Below are positions 19,655 through 28,383 of a stretch of DNA of 64,000 bases, in pieces (within the stretch, counting starts at the first letter, position 1; each line of letters starts with the position of its first letter). The stretch is from NCBI GenBank assembly GCA_964590105.1, contig CAZPYM010000001.1, positions 302,172 to 366,171 on the forward strand, in the 5' to 3' direction. A program made the position numbers and the translations under genes. The notes below the pieces were generated by a model that saw only the letters and a list, made by a program, of their open reading frames with translations, ran no database searches and was not told the origin of the DNA. This DNA comes from an uncultured Gammaproteobacteria bacterium. Lineage in GTDB: Bacteria > Patescibacteriota > Patescibacteriia > UBA11705 > JABHMO01.

Positions 19655-20533
19655 TCAAACATTGCCAATATAAACATTTTTCAAGCCGGTTGCCAGACCG
19701 ATTTTTTTTGCTCGATTAAGGGTGCTGATTGAAGTAGGGGAGACATCTTTCATTTTATTTGCCGGGTGAAAAGCGCTGACATGCCAGACAAGCGACAAAT
19801 CAATGTCCGCCAAAAAATTAGCAATTTGCTGCAATTCTCCGTTGCTGTCATTCAGGCCCGGAATAATCAAAGTCGTTACTTCAATATGTACCTTGTTTTC
19901 ATGGCAAAGTTTGATATTCCGCAAAACCGGATCAAGCCTCGCCCCGCAAACTTGCTTATAAGTCAAATCACTAAAAAACTTCAAATCAATATTTATAGCA
20001 TCCAAGTACGGTTGAATTGCTCTGAATGTTTCCAGCGAAAAATAACCGTTTGAAACCCAAATATTTTTTAGCTTTGCTTGTTTGGCCAATTTCATTACAT
20101 CAAGAGCAAATTCCACAAAAATAGTCGGCTCGGTATAAGTATAGGCAATGCTCTCGCAATTATTTTCTATTGCCAAATAGACAACGTCTTCCGGATTAGT
20201 TTTGGAACCAGAAATCCACTCCTCTTCTAGAATATGTTCGCTAAACTGGGCGATGTCCGCATTCTGACAATGAGCGCATTTAAAATTACAACCGACCGTG
20301 GCGATTGAATAGGTAAGTGTACCCGGCAAGAAATGATAAAGAGGTTTTTTTTCAATCGGATCAATGTTCTGAGCAATTAATTTTCCGTAAACCAAACTGT
20401 AAAGCTTGCCACCTTTATTTTTTCTGACATTGCAAACTCCCACGCCGCCATTTTGAATAACGCATTTATGTTCACAAGCCAGACATTGAACCAGCTTGTT
20501 TTTTTCCTGCTTGTAAAACAAGGCTTCTTTCAT
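19655..20533 (-). CDS. amrS: AmmeMemoRadiSam system radical SAM enzyme
   Basis: C..C.H.C N-terminus, DPIEKKPLYHF.PG, GCNFKCAHCQN, AYTYTEP, NVYIGNV; start at MKEALFY with AGGAG upstream. Confidence 0.93.
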   Translation of the reverse strand: MKEALFYKQEKNKLVQCLACEHKCVIQNGGVGVCNVRKNKGGKLYSLVYGKLIAQNIDPIEKKPLYHFLPGTLTYSIATVGCNFKCAHCQNADIAQFSEHILEEEWISGSKTNPEDVVYLAIENNCESIAYTYTEPTIFVEFALDVMKLAKQAKLKNIWVSNGYFSLETFRAIQPYLDAINIDLKFFSDLTYKQVCGARLDPVLRNIKLCHENKVHIEVTTLIIPGLNDSNGELQQIANFLADIDLSLVWHVSAFHPANKMKDVSPTSISTLNRAKKIGLATGLKNVYIGNV

Positions 20534-20676
20534 ATAATCTCCTACTTTTATTTTAGCAAATTTCATGATATAGTTCAAAACATAGAGCACGTCACCCGCA
20601 GTATTAGAAAAATTTTTAATCCGGATTTTATTCAACCCAACTTTTTTTATTTATAATTTGTTTGTGATTTGTTACT

Positions 20677-20696
20677 TCCGCCATAGGCGGACGAGT
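20677..20696 (+). repeat. REP-like hairpin TCCGCC-NNN-GGCGGA-CRRGT
   Basis: TCCGCCATAGGCGGACGAGT; related copies at 21389-21429 and 37179-37198. Confidence 0.7.
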
Positions 20697-20719
20697 GTAA
20701 TTTGTAATTTATCATCATT

Positions 20720-21262
20720 ATGCGATGTTTTCTAGCCATAAACCTATCAGACGAGATAAAGGATTACCTGGAAGACCTTATTCTTAAAATTGGCAAATCA
20801 ACGCCTTACTTGCGCGTAAAATGGGTAGAAAGAGAAAATCTACATTTAACACTTGGTTTTATTGAAAATATTGACGAGAGTACGCTAAAAAAACTTTCAA
20901 CAGACCTGGACGACCTTTCATTGCCGGAAAACCTTATCCTATGTTTAGGTGAGCTAGGACTATTTCCAAATGACATCAAACCTCGGATTGTAAAAATTAG
21001 TTTGCACGACACTGAAAAAAAGCTGGGATTAATCAATGACCAAATAAAACAAATTTTCAAGCAAAACAACCTTCCGATTGACGAAAAACCATTTTCTCCA
21101 CACATTACGCTCGGACGGATCAAGACCGCGAGCGCCTGGGTCCGATTAGAAAAAACAGAACCACGGTGCTTCAATGTCGTCTCCATTGACTTGATGAAAA
21201 GCAAACTAACACCGTCTGGACCGACTTACAGTTGCCTGAAACGCGTAGCGCTTAACGCGTAG
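20720..21262 (+). CDS. thpR: RNA 2',3'-cyclic phosphodiesterase (2H family)
   Basis: MRCFLAI, HLTLGF, PHITLGR, S.LTPSGP.Y. Confidence 0.93.
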   Translation: MRCFLAINLSDEIKDYLEDLILKIGKSTPYLRVKWVERENLHLTLGFIENIDESTLKKLSTDLDDLSLPENLILCLGELGLFPNDIKPRIVKISLHDTEKKLGLINDQIKQIFKQNNLPIDEKPFSPHITLGRIKTASAWVRLEKTEPRCFNVVSIDLMKSKLTPSGPTYSCLKRVALNA

Positions 21263-21460
21263 CGCGGAACGTATAACTTGAGTAAACCCAGTTAATTAGG
21301 TTAATTGGTTAATTAAGTTAATTGGGTAATGAGTAAGCTGACTTTCGATTTTAACTTTTCCCTCTTAACTTTTAACTTTTTGCGTCATACTTGTCTGCCT
21401 TTGGCAGAGGCGCATCCGCCTTTGGCGGAAACTTTTCCCTTTTGCCTTTCAACTTTTATC
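21240..21460. repeat. composite low-complexity/REP intergenic tract
   Basis: AACGCGTAGCGC x2, GTTAATT x4, TTTTAAC-like units, and tandem TCTGCCTTTGGCAGA / TCCGCCTTTGGCGGA hairpins. Confidence 0.75.
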
Positions 21461-21462
21461 TT

Positions 21463-22662
21463 ATGCCATTTCCACCGGAATTTCAAAACAAAGCAATAAT
21501 CCTCGGCGTTACAATTGATGATCGTCCAATGGATTTTGTATTAAATAAAATTGAACAATTTTTGTGTTCAAATGCTCAGCACTCAATTTTCACGCCAAAT
21601 CCTGAAATTTGCCTGCGAGCAGAAAAAGACGAGGACTATCGCTACACTCTGAACACCGCATCAATCAAGATTCCAGACGGATTTGGTTTGAAGCTCGGCG
21701 CTAAAATCCTCGGTCAAAAACTGGAGAATCGAGTTGCCGGCTCTGATCTGACAAAAAAACTTTTGCACAAATATTCAAATGCAAAAACAGAACTTAAACT
21801 TTTTATTGTCCTTAGAACCGACTCGCTATCAAAGGAAAAAGATATAAAACAAATATTTAGTGCAGATTATCCCAATATCAAATTTAAACTTGGAAATATT
21901 GATATAAAAAAACCTGATGATTGCGACAAATTATTAAACGATATTAATTTATTTGAACCACAAATGCTTTTTGTCTGCCTCGGAGCGCCGACCCAGGAAA
22001 ACTGGATTTATAAATATTTAAAACTAATGCCCAGTGTCAGAGTGGCGCTCGGACTTGGCGGCAGTATTGACTTCCTGACCAACAAAATCAAACGCGCACC
22101 AAAAATAATGCGCGACCTCGGAGTGGAATGGTTTTACCGCCTGTATCAGGAACCGAGCAGATTGAAACGGATAAAGAACGCTACCGCTGATTTTCTGCTT
22201 GCTTGCCACAAATGGAAAAAACGTATTACCAATGAATATCGCCTCAATGTGGTTGCCGTAATAAAAAACCGCCAGGGAAAATTTCTGGTGCAAAAAAATC
22301 CGCGATTCAAAGACCACTGGCAATTTCCGCAGGGCGGATTAAATATTGGCGAAGATCCTGATGCTGCCGTGGTGAGGGAAGCCAGTGAAGAAATCGGCGC
22401 GCCTGAACATTTTTTAAAAGTCATAAAAAAAATCCCAGAATCTCATAATTACGATTGGCCGGAATATGGAAAACTTATAAAAGGCTATAAAGGACAACAA
22501 CAAACAGCGTATTTGCTGGAATATTCAGGCAATGAAACTGACATTGACCTATCAGCCAGCCATGAAGCCGAGGAGATCCGCTGGCTTGATAAACAGGATT
22601 TACTCAAAACAATTCACCGTCATCGTCATGAATTTGCCAAAAAAATCATCAAGCACCTCTAA
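21463..22662 (+). CDS. WecB/TagA/CpsF glycosyltransferase fused to an RppH-like Nudix hydrolase
   Basis: TPNPE, PDGFG, RVAGSDL, LGAPTQE.W, GLGGSIDF, RAP, EWFYRL..EP.R; then YRLNV, WQFPQGG.N.GE......RE..EEIG, YKGQQQ. Confidence 0.88.
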   Translation: MPFPPEFQNKAIILGVTIDDRPMDFVLNKIEQFLCSNAQHSIFTPNPEICLRAEKDEDYRYTLNTASIKIPDGFGLKLGAKILGQKLENRVAGSDLTKKLLHKYSNAKTELKLFIVLRTDSLSKEKDIKQIFSADYPNIKFKLGNIDIKKPDDCDKLLNDINLFEPQMLFVCLGAPTQENWIYKYLKLMPSVRVALGLGGSIDFLTNKIKRAPKIMRDLGVEWFYRLYQEPSRLKRIKNATADFLLACHKWKKRITNEYRLNVVAVIKNRQGKFLVQKNPRFKDHWQFPQGGLNIGEDPDAAVVREASEEIGAPEHFLKVIKKIPESHNYDWPEYGKLIKGYKGQQQTAYLLEYSGNETDIDLSASHEAEEIRWLDKQDLLKTIHRHRHEFAKKIIKHL

Positions 22663-22810
22663 AAACAAAAACAATGAAACAAAAAAACAAGAAAGCGACG
22701 AAACAATAAGACAAAAAACAAGTAATTGGAAAAATTTATAATATTTGTAAATTTGTTTTCTCTCGCTATTTGTAGCATTTGTAAAAACTTGTCAATTCGT
22801 CTTTTGTAAA

Positions 22811-22846
22811 AAAACAGCGAACACCGAGATTCAAGTGTTCGCTTTT
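22811..22846. terminator. bidirectional terminator
   Basis: AAAACAGCGAACAC...GTGTTCGCTTTT between convergent genes. Confidence 0.7.
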
Positions 22847-22855
22847 GCGTTCCTG

Positions 22856-23503
22856 CTAGTTTAACGCGCGTGCGCGCGGAGATTGTTTTCTTTGACTTTC
22901 GTACAGCGACAATTCTTCGCCTCCAATAGAGGCCAGTACCGAGATGCGCGGAGTGAAATTAATCTCCACACCGCTGCGCACTAGTGCGATCACATTGTAC
23001 GCCTTGAAATATGAAAATTGCTCCACAGCGATGATGCAGTACCCATCCTCCTGCGCCTGAGGCCAGCTGATATCTTCCTCTGCTTCATCCAGCCTGATCT
23101 GAAAACTGACCAAGACGGAATCGGCAAAATGCGTTTGTTCGATCGGTTCATTATTGGCGTAAAGAATGATCATCTCGCCGCCATCTTCGATGGCATGGTA
23201 AAGATTGACGCCGGTAATGGACGTCAGTCGATGCAGGGCTACGGGGAGTTCGCGTAGCTCCAGAAATGGTTGACCGACTTTTCTCGACTTGAATACTCTC
23301 GCCAGATCACGGATATTCGGAATGCTGGTCGCGCCTTCGGTCGGCAGAACAAAAATCACTTGCTGGCTGGATTCGGCGTCATTCAGACAAAAACACCACG
23401 AGTGCATCACTGCCTTAACCACCAGCCTGCTTGTCAAGAAAATCGGCCAAAAAGACTCATTGACCGGGATTACCAGATCCTTGCCATCTTTGTTTTGGAT
23501 CAT
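22856..23503 (-). CDS. orphan hypothetical protein (cassette)
   Basis: 215-aa ORF; SD GGAGGTGA; promoter TTGACT-N17-TATGCT at 23586-23558. Confidence 0.75.
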   Translation of the reverse strand: MIQNKDGKDLVIPVNESFWPIFLTSRLVVKAVMHSWCFCLNDAESSQQVIFVLPTEGATSIPNIRDLARVFKSRKVGQPFLELRELPVALHRLTSITGVNLYHAIEDGGEMIILYANNEPIEQTHFADSVLVSFQIRLDEAEEDISWPQAQEDGYCIIAVEQFSYFKAYNVIALVRSGVEINFTPRISVLASIGGEELSLYESQRKQSPRARALN

Positions 23504-23639
23504 ATTTCACCTCCCTTTGTTTTGGGGTGAATTAATAATGAACAAGCTTATATATTCAGCATAGCTTTCAGACATCAGATAGTCAAGCAAAACATTCACA
23601 GTTTCGGCTAAACAGCTCCTATATTTTTTTAAAAGAAAA

Positions 23640-23669
23640 GAGCTGTATGTTAGATGCAACATACAGCTC
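23640..23669 (-). terminator. terminator of the GC-rich orphan
   Basis: GAGCTGTATGTT-AGATGC-AACATACAGCTC perfect 12-bp stem with adjacent A-run. Confidence 0.75.
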
Positions 23670-23734
23670 AATTTGCTTGGAATTTTTTGGGACTGAAACG
23701 TCCCTGGTGGGAGAGAAAGGAAGGAGGGGTGAGG

Positions 23735-24685
23735 CTAGCGGTCGCGGCGGGCGTTCTTGCCGTCGCGCTTCCAGCCCTTCTTGTCGCGCTGACCGATCCG
23801 CTTCTGAAGCTCGTCAACCTTGGCCTGGCCGAGATACTCAGCCAGGGTGCAGGTCGCGGCCTGGCGCTTCTGCTGTCCCTCGCGCTCCTTCTCAGCGAGA
23901 TACTCGGCCTCCTTCGGACCGAAGAACATCTTGTAGCGCAGGAGCCCGAGGTAGGCGTCGCTCGAGTTGAGCGAGACCTCGTACTCCTCGCCACGCGCGT
24001 TGCGGTTCTTGCTCGCGATCGACGTGAAGATGTCGACATCCGACTCGAGCACATACGCCCCGTACGATCCGAACTTGCCGAAACGCCGCGTGACGAGGCG
24101 AAGCCCCTTCACGTGGGGCACGCCGCCGTTGCCGTTCGTGCTCTGCTCGCGGCAGAATCCACGCTCCCACTCGAAGAATTCCGAGGGGTTGGAGGGCGCC
24201 GTATCCTTCAGGCCGGCGGCATACGCCACCTCGAAGGCCTCGGTCCGCTCGGAGCACCGCTCGATGTTCTCGATGGGCGCCGTACCGACGATCGGCTTCA
24301 TCAGCCCGAAACCGGCCCGAACGAGCTTCGGCATCGGGGTCCAGACGGATCCCTCACCGAACCGGTCGGTGACCAGCTTGGCGTACTGTTCCTTCTTCTC
24401 CGCATCCTTGTCCGCCGCCGCCTGATAGGCGACAATCGCATCACAGAGCTCCATCTTCTGGAAGCGCCCTCCGGCGACCCGCAGAGACTCCATGACCTTC
24501 TGCGCCGCTTCCGGCGTCAGGAGCAGATAGTCGTCGTCCACTCGGATAACGACCGCCTTGGAAATCGGCCTCACCTCGAGACCGCCCTCGCGCTCCAGGA
24601 CGGTGATGTCCTTGGGAACACCGGGAGTGGGGATCGAGCCGCCAAACTCCGCCACGAATGCCTTGAAACCAACGATCGTTTTCAT
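23735..24685 (-). CDS. GC-rich orphan hypothetical protein (cassette)
   Basis: Start MKTIVGF with SD GGAGGA; strong GC3 bias in this frame; promoter TTGACA-N17-TATACT at 24841-24813. Confidence 0.8.
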   Translation of the reverse strand: MKTIVGFKAFVAEFGGSIPTPGVPKDITVLEREGGLEVRPISKAVVIRVDDDYLLLTPEAAQKVMESLRVAGGRFQKMELCDAIVAYQAAADKDAEKKEQYAKLVTDRFGEGSVWTPMPKLVRAGFGLMKPIVGTAPIENIERCSERTEAFEVAYAAGLKDTAPSNPSEFFEWERGFCREQSTNGNGGVPHVKGLRLVTRRFGKFGSYGAYVLESDVDIFTSIASKNRNARGEEYEVSLNSSDAYLGLLRYKMFFGPKEAEYLAEKEREGQQKRQAATCTLAEYLGQAKVDELQKRIGQRDKKGWKRDGKNARRDR

Positions 24686-25041
24686 CACTTTCCTCCAGTT
24701 AGTTGTAAAAGATACTTCCTCATCCAACAGCACAATTCTTATCTCAAGTCCTTGTTGCGATAAAAACTGTGCTGTCAAATAATAACAAATTTTACACGAT
24801 ATATAACAGGGAAGTATAGCATACATCAAATATTTTGTCAAGAGGTGTTATTTGAAGTTTTATTATTACACTAAAATTAGACAAACAAACAAGTTACACC
24901 TAAGTAACATTTCAGAGGTTATTAACTGTTTACAATACGCATAATTTGAGCTATAATTTTGGGGAAGCTGAAAAAGAAGCACTTTGTTATTTCCGCTTTA
25001 TTGTTTGTGATTTGTTATTTGTAATTTATTATTATCCATTT

Positions 25042-26568
25042 ATGCTCCCAACCAACAATATCCGCGTGCGAATCGCGCCAAGCCCGACCGGCTTTGTGCA
25101 TGTGGGCAACCTAAGAACCATATTGTACAACTTTTTATTTGCCCGGCACAACAAAGGTAAATTTATAATTAGAATTGAAGATACTGATCAGTCTAGATTA
25201 GTGGCCGGTGCAGTGGAAAACCTGTTGCAAGTTTTGCAGTGGGCGGGGATTGAAGCGGATGAGGGCCCGTACCTAACAAAAGACAACAAAGTCAAAGAGC
25301 GCGGCGATTTTGGACCTTATACGCAGTCTGAGAGATTGGATATATACAAACAGCAAATCCAAGTGCTATTGGACAAAAATAAAGCCTATCATTGTTTTTG
25401 CGATAAACAAAGGCTAGACGATCTAAGGGAAGATCAAAAGAAAAATAAACAAGCGCCGAAATATGATAATTTCTGCCGCAAGCTGTCGCAAAAAGAAGCT
25501 CAATCCATGCTCGATTCCGGAGCCTCGTCTGTAATCAGATTCAAAATGCCGGAAAACAGGCAAGTGGTATGCGATGATCTGATTCGAGGCAAAATCATTG
25601 TCAATACCAAGGATATGGACGATTATGTACTGATTAAATCCGACGGTTTTCCGACTTATCATTTTGCTAATATTGTAGACGATCATTTCATGAAAATAAC
25701 GCATATAATGAGAGGGGACGAGTGGATCGCCTCCACGCCAAAACATGTTTTACTTTATGAAGCGTTTGAATGGCAGCCGCCGATTTTCGCCCATCTGCCG
25801 ACTTTACTGAACAAGCAAAAGAAAAAATTAAGTAAACGCGACGGCGACACTTCAGTTCAATCGTTTATTGACCAAGGATATTTGCGCGACGCTTTTATCA
25901 ATTTTATTGCGCTACTCGGGTGGAATGCGGGCACTGAACAAGAAGTTTACACGCCCAATGAACTGATTCGGCAATTCAGTCTGGATAATGTTCACAAGTC
26001 AGGCGCAGTCTTTGATCTTGACAAACTTGACTGGATAAACGGATTATATATTCGAAAATTATCCGAAGACGAATTATATGAAAAATGCCTGCCTTATCTG
26101 GTGGAGGCGAATATTATTACTGTCGGAAAAAATATTGTCATCAATGAAACCAATGAAAAAGTAAAACCGTCTTATATCAAAAACATATTGCAGTTAGAGC
26201 AATCAAGGATAAAAAAACTCAATGAAATTCCGGAGGCTGTAAAATTTTTCTTTGTCAAAGAGCTGACATATGACGCAGACGGCTTGGTTTGGAAAAAATC
26301 AAACAAAAAAGACACGTATGACCATCTGCAATCTCTGCTCGAAATTTTGCAGGGAATCTTAGAGAGCTCTTTCACACCGGAAAAATTAAAAAAGACCATT
26401 ACCGAGCATATTGAGAAAAATAACATCGACACCGGCACTCTACTCTGGCCAATGCGCTTTGCGCTCTCCGGCCAGCAAAAATCACCCGATCCCTTTGAAA
26501 TCGCATCTGCGCTTGGGAAGGACAAGAGCCTGGACAGAATAAAAAAGGCGGTTGAAAAACTTAAATAA
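25042..26568 (+). CDS. gltX: glutamate--tRNA ligase
   Basis: RIAPSPTG..HVGN, RIEDTD, PTYHFA, RGDEW, KLSKR. Confidence 0.97.
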   Translation: MLPTNNIRVRIAPSPTGFVHVGNLRTILYNFLFARHNKGKFIIRIEDTDQSRLVAGAVENLLQVLQWAGIEADEGPYLTKDNKVKERGDFGPYTQSERLDIYKQQIQVLLDKNKAYHCFCDKQRLDDLREDQKKNKQAPKYDNFCRKLSQKEAQSMLDSGASSVIRFKMPENRQVVCDDLIRGKIIVNTKDMDDYVLIKSDGFPTYHFANIVDDHFMKITHIMRGDEWIASTPKHVLLYEAFEWQPPIFAHLPTLLNKQKKKLSKRDGDTSVQSFIDQGYLRDAFINFIALLGWNAGTEQEVYTPNELIRQFSLDNVHKSGAVFDLDKLDWINGLYIRKLSEDELYEKCLPYLVEANIITVGKNIVINETNEKVKPSYIKNILQLEQSRIKKLNEIPEAVKFFFVKELTYDADGLVWKKSNKKDTYDHLQSLLEILQGILESSFTPEKLKKTITEHIEKNNIDTGTLLWPMRFALSGQQKSPDPFEIASALGKDKSLDRIKKAVEKLK

Positions 26569-26644
26569 CAACCATATTCAGAAGCCCGATTAAATACGGG
26601 CTTTTTGAGTAATTTTTTTTATAATGCTATAATATTCCTGCACT

Positions 26645-27838
26645 ATGAAACATCGCGGAAAAATATTTTTGCTGGCAATATGCATTTTAATGATGCCTAG
26701 TTTGATATTTGCCCAAACGCTGGACGAACTTAATACTGAAATAAAAAACAAACAAGAAGAAATCACTCAGATAAAAAAAGAAGCTGCCATTTATCAAAAA
26801 AATATCCGGGTCAAGCAGGAGGAGGCTGCTTCGCTCAAAAATCAGCTTTCAATACTGGAAAACAAAATCGCCAAAACAAACCTGGACGTAAAGTCGACAA
26901 AAAAAGAAATCGAGCAAGGTCAACTCGAAACCAGAAACATTGAACTTCAAATCCTGTCGAAACAAGACGCTATTGATAATCAAAAACTGGCACTAACAAA
27001 TATCCTGCAAGAAATCCGTCAAAACGATCAAGAAAATACCTTAAAAATATTTCTAATGAATGATTCTTTGTCGGATTTTTTTAATGAAACCGAATACACA
27101 AAAGATCTGCAACAAGGCCTCCAGGAAACATTGGGCAATTTAAAATCCGAAAAAAAGCTTTTACTGGCGAAAAAAAACGAACTGGAAAACAAGCAAAAAG
27201 AATTACTTGCTTTAAATGATCAACTTGAGCTCGAAAAAATAGAATTAATCGGACAAACAGATTATAAAGAAAATTTATTAGTTTCCACAAAAAATTCCGA
27301 ACAAAAGTTTACCGAATTATTTTGGCAGGCCAAGGAGGAGCAAGAATCTATTAGCTCGTCCATAACAGTTTTAGAAAAGCAAGCCAGACAAAAACTGGAC
27401 CAGTTAAAAACCGAACAACCAAAACTCACTGATAGCCAACTTTCTTGGCCAGTACCGAAAAATAAGATTACCGCTTATTTTCACGATCCTGATTATCCTT
27501 TCAGATATTTATTCGAGCATCCAGCAATTGATATTCGCGCCAAGCAAGGCACGCCAATAGCTGCGCCGGCCGAAGGCTATGTTTTAACGGCAAAAGACGC
27601 GGGGATGGGCTACAGCTACATCGCGCTGATTCATGCCAATGGAATTTCAACAGTCTATGGCCATGTCAGTAAAATATTTGTCAGGGAAGACGAATATGTG
27701 GCCAAAGGAGAAATCATCGGCCTTAGCGGCGCCATGCCGGGTACACCGGGCGCCGGCCGCCTGACTACCGGACCGCATTTGCACTTTGAAGTCAGAGTCA
27801 ACGGCATTCCGGTAAATCCTCTGGATTATTTGCCATAA
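26645..27838 (+). CDS. coiled-coil M23 peptidase (EnvC/murein hydrolase-like)
   Basis: Signal peptide, long coiled coil, HPAID, YGH, TGPHLHFEVR. Confidence 0.9.
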   Translation: MKHRGKIFLLAICILMMPSLIFAQTLDELNTEIKNKQEEITQIKKEAAIYQKNIRVKQEEAASLKNQLSILENKIAKTNLDVKSTKKEIEQGQLETRNIELQILSKQDAIDNQKLALTNILQEIRQNDQENTLKIFLMNDSLSDFFNETEYTKDLQQGLQETLGNLKSEKKLLLAKKNELENKQKELLALNDQLELEKIELIGQTDYKENLLVSTKNSEQKFTELFWQAKEEQESISSSITVLEKQARQKLDQLKTEQPKLTDSQLSWPVPKNKITAYFHDPDYPFRYLFEHPAIDIRAKQGTPIAAPAEGYVLTAKDAGMGYSYIALIHANGISTVYGHVSKIFVREDEYVAKGEIIGLSGAMPGTPGAGRLTTGPHLHFEVRVNGIPVNPLDYLP

Positions 27839-27949
27839 ATGCAACCATTAAGTTAAATAAAATAAAAGCCTGTCAAAACAGGCTTTTATTGAGCAACAGA
27901 GTAACATCAAAATCATCTGCCAATAAATCAACACGAACAACTGGCCTTC

Positions 27950-28306
27950 ATGCTATTCGCAAAAATTTGCGATATTCTTCAGGTTAAAGGCTTGAGATTT
28001 AAAATCATGCAGAGAAAAACCAGCAAAAGTAATAAAAGCTATACGCTCGGGTATATTAATTTGCAAACCAAAACAATTGTGCTGGATATTTATTCACCGA
28101 AAACCCTGAAGCCAAAGAGCCTGAATGGGCTTATCCGCACGCTGGCGCATGAAATCGCTCATCTACAAAAACCGCCATACCGCCAGAGATACAAGGGAAG
28201 ATGGATCGCCCGCCAGCATTATCCTGAATTTTATAAACAAACTGAAAAAAATATAAATAAAATCAAAGCTGATCCGATCTTGGGAATGCATTTTCGAAAA
28301 GATTAA
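27950..28306 (+). CDS. small zinc metalloprotease-like protein (HEXXH)
   Basis: TLAHEIAH...HYPEF. Confidence 0.7.
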   Translation: MLFAKICDILQVKGLRFKIMQRKTSKSNKSYTLGYINLQTKTIVLDIYSPKTLKPKSLNGLIRTLAHEIAHLQKPPYRQRYKGRWIARQHYPEFYKQTEKNINKIKADPILGMHFRKD

Positions 28307-28337
28307 TTATTTTTCGTTATTATTATTTTCGTCAACC

Positions 28338-28363
28338 AAAAGACCCCGCCAAGCGGGGTCTTT
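28338..28363. terminator. bidirectional terminator
   Basis: AAAGACCCCGC-CAA-GCGGGGTCTTT between convergent genes. Confidence 0.8.
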
Positions 28364-28383
28364 CTTATCTGAAGTTATTTAAC

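Noticed and set aside
21240-21380. CRISPR array
   Set aside because: Units are 7-14 bp without unique spacers, and there are no cas genes.
21391-21462. N-terminal extension MSAFGRGASAFGG of the TagA fusion
   Set aside because: It is a translation of REP-like hairpins and a low-complexity tract; ATG 21463 is the more plausible start.
23654-24763. 369-aa + strand ORF
   Set aside because: Antisense shadow of the GC3-rich minus-strand gene, which has the SD, promoter and terminator.
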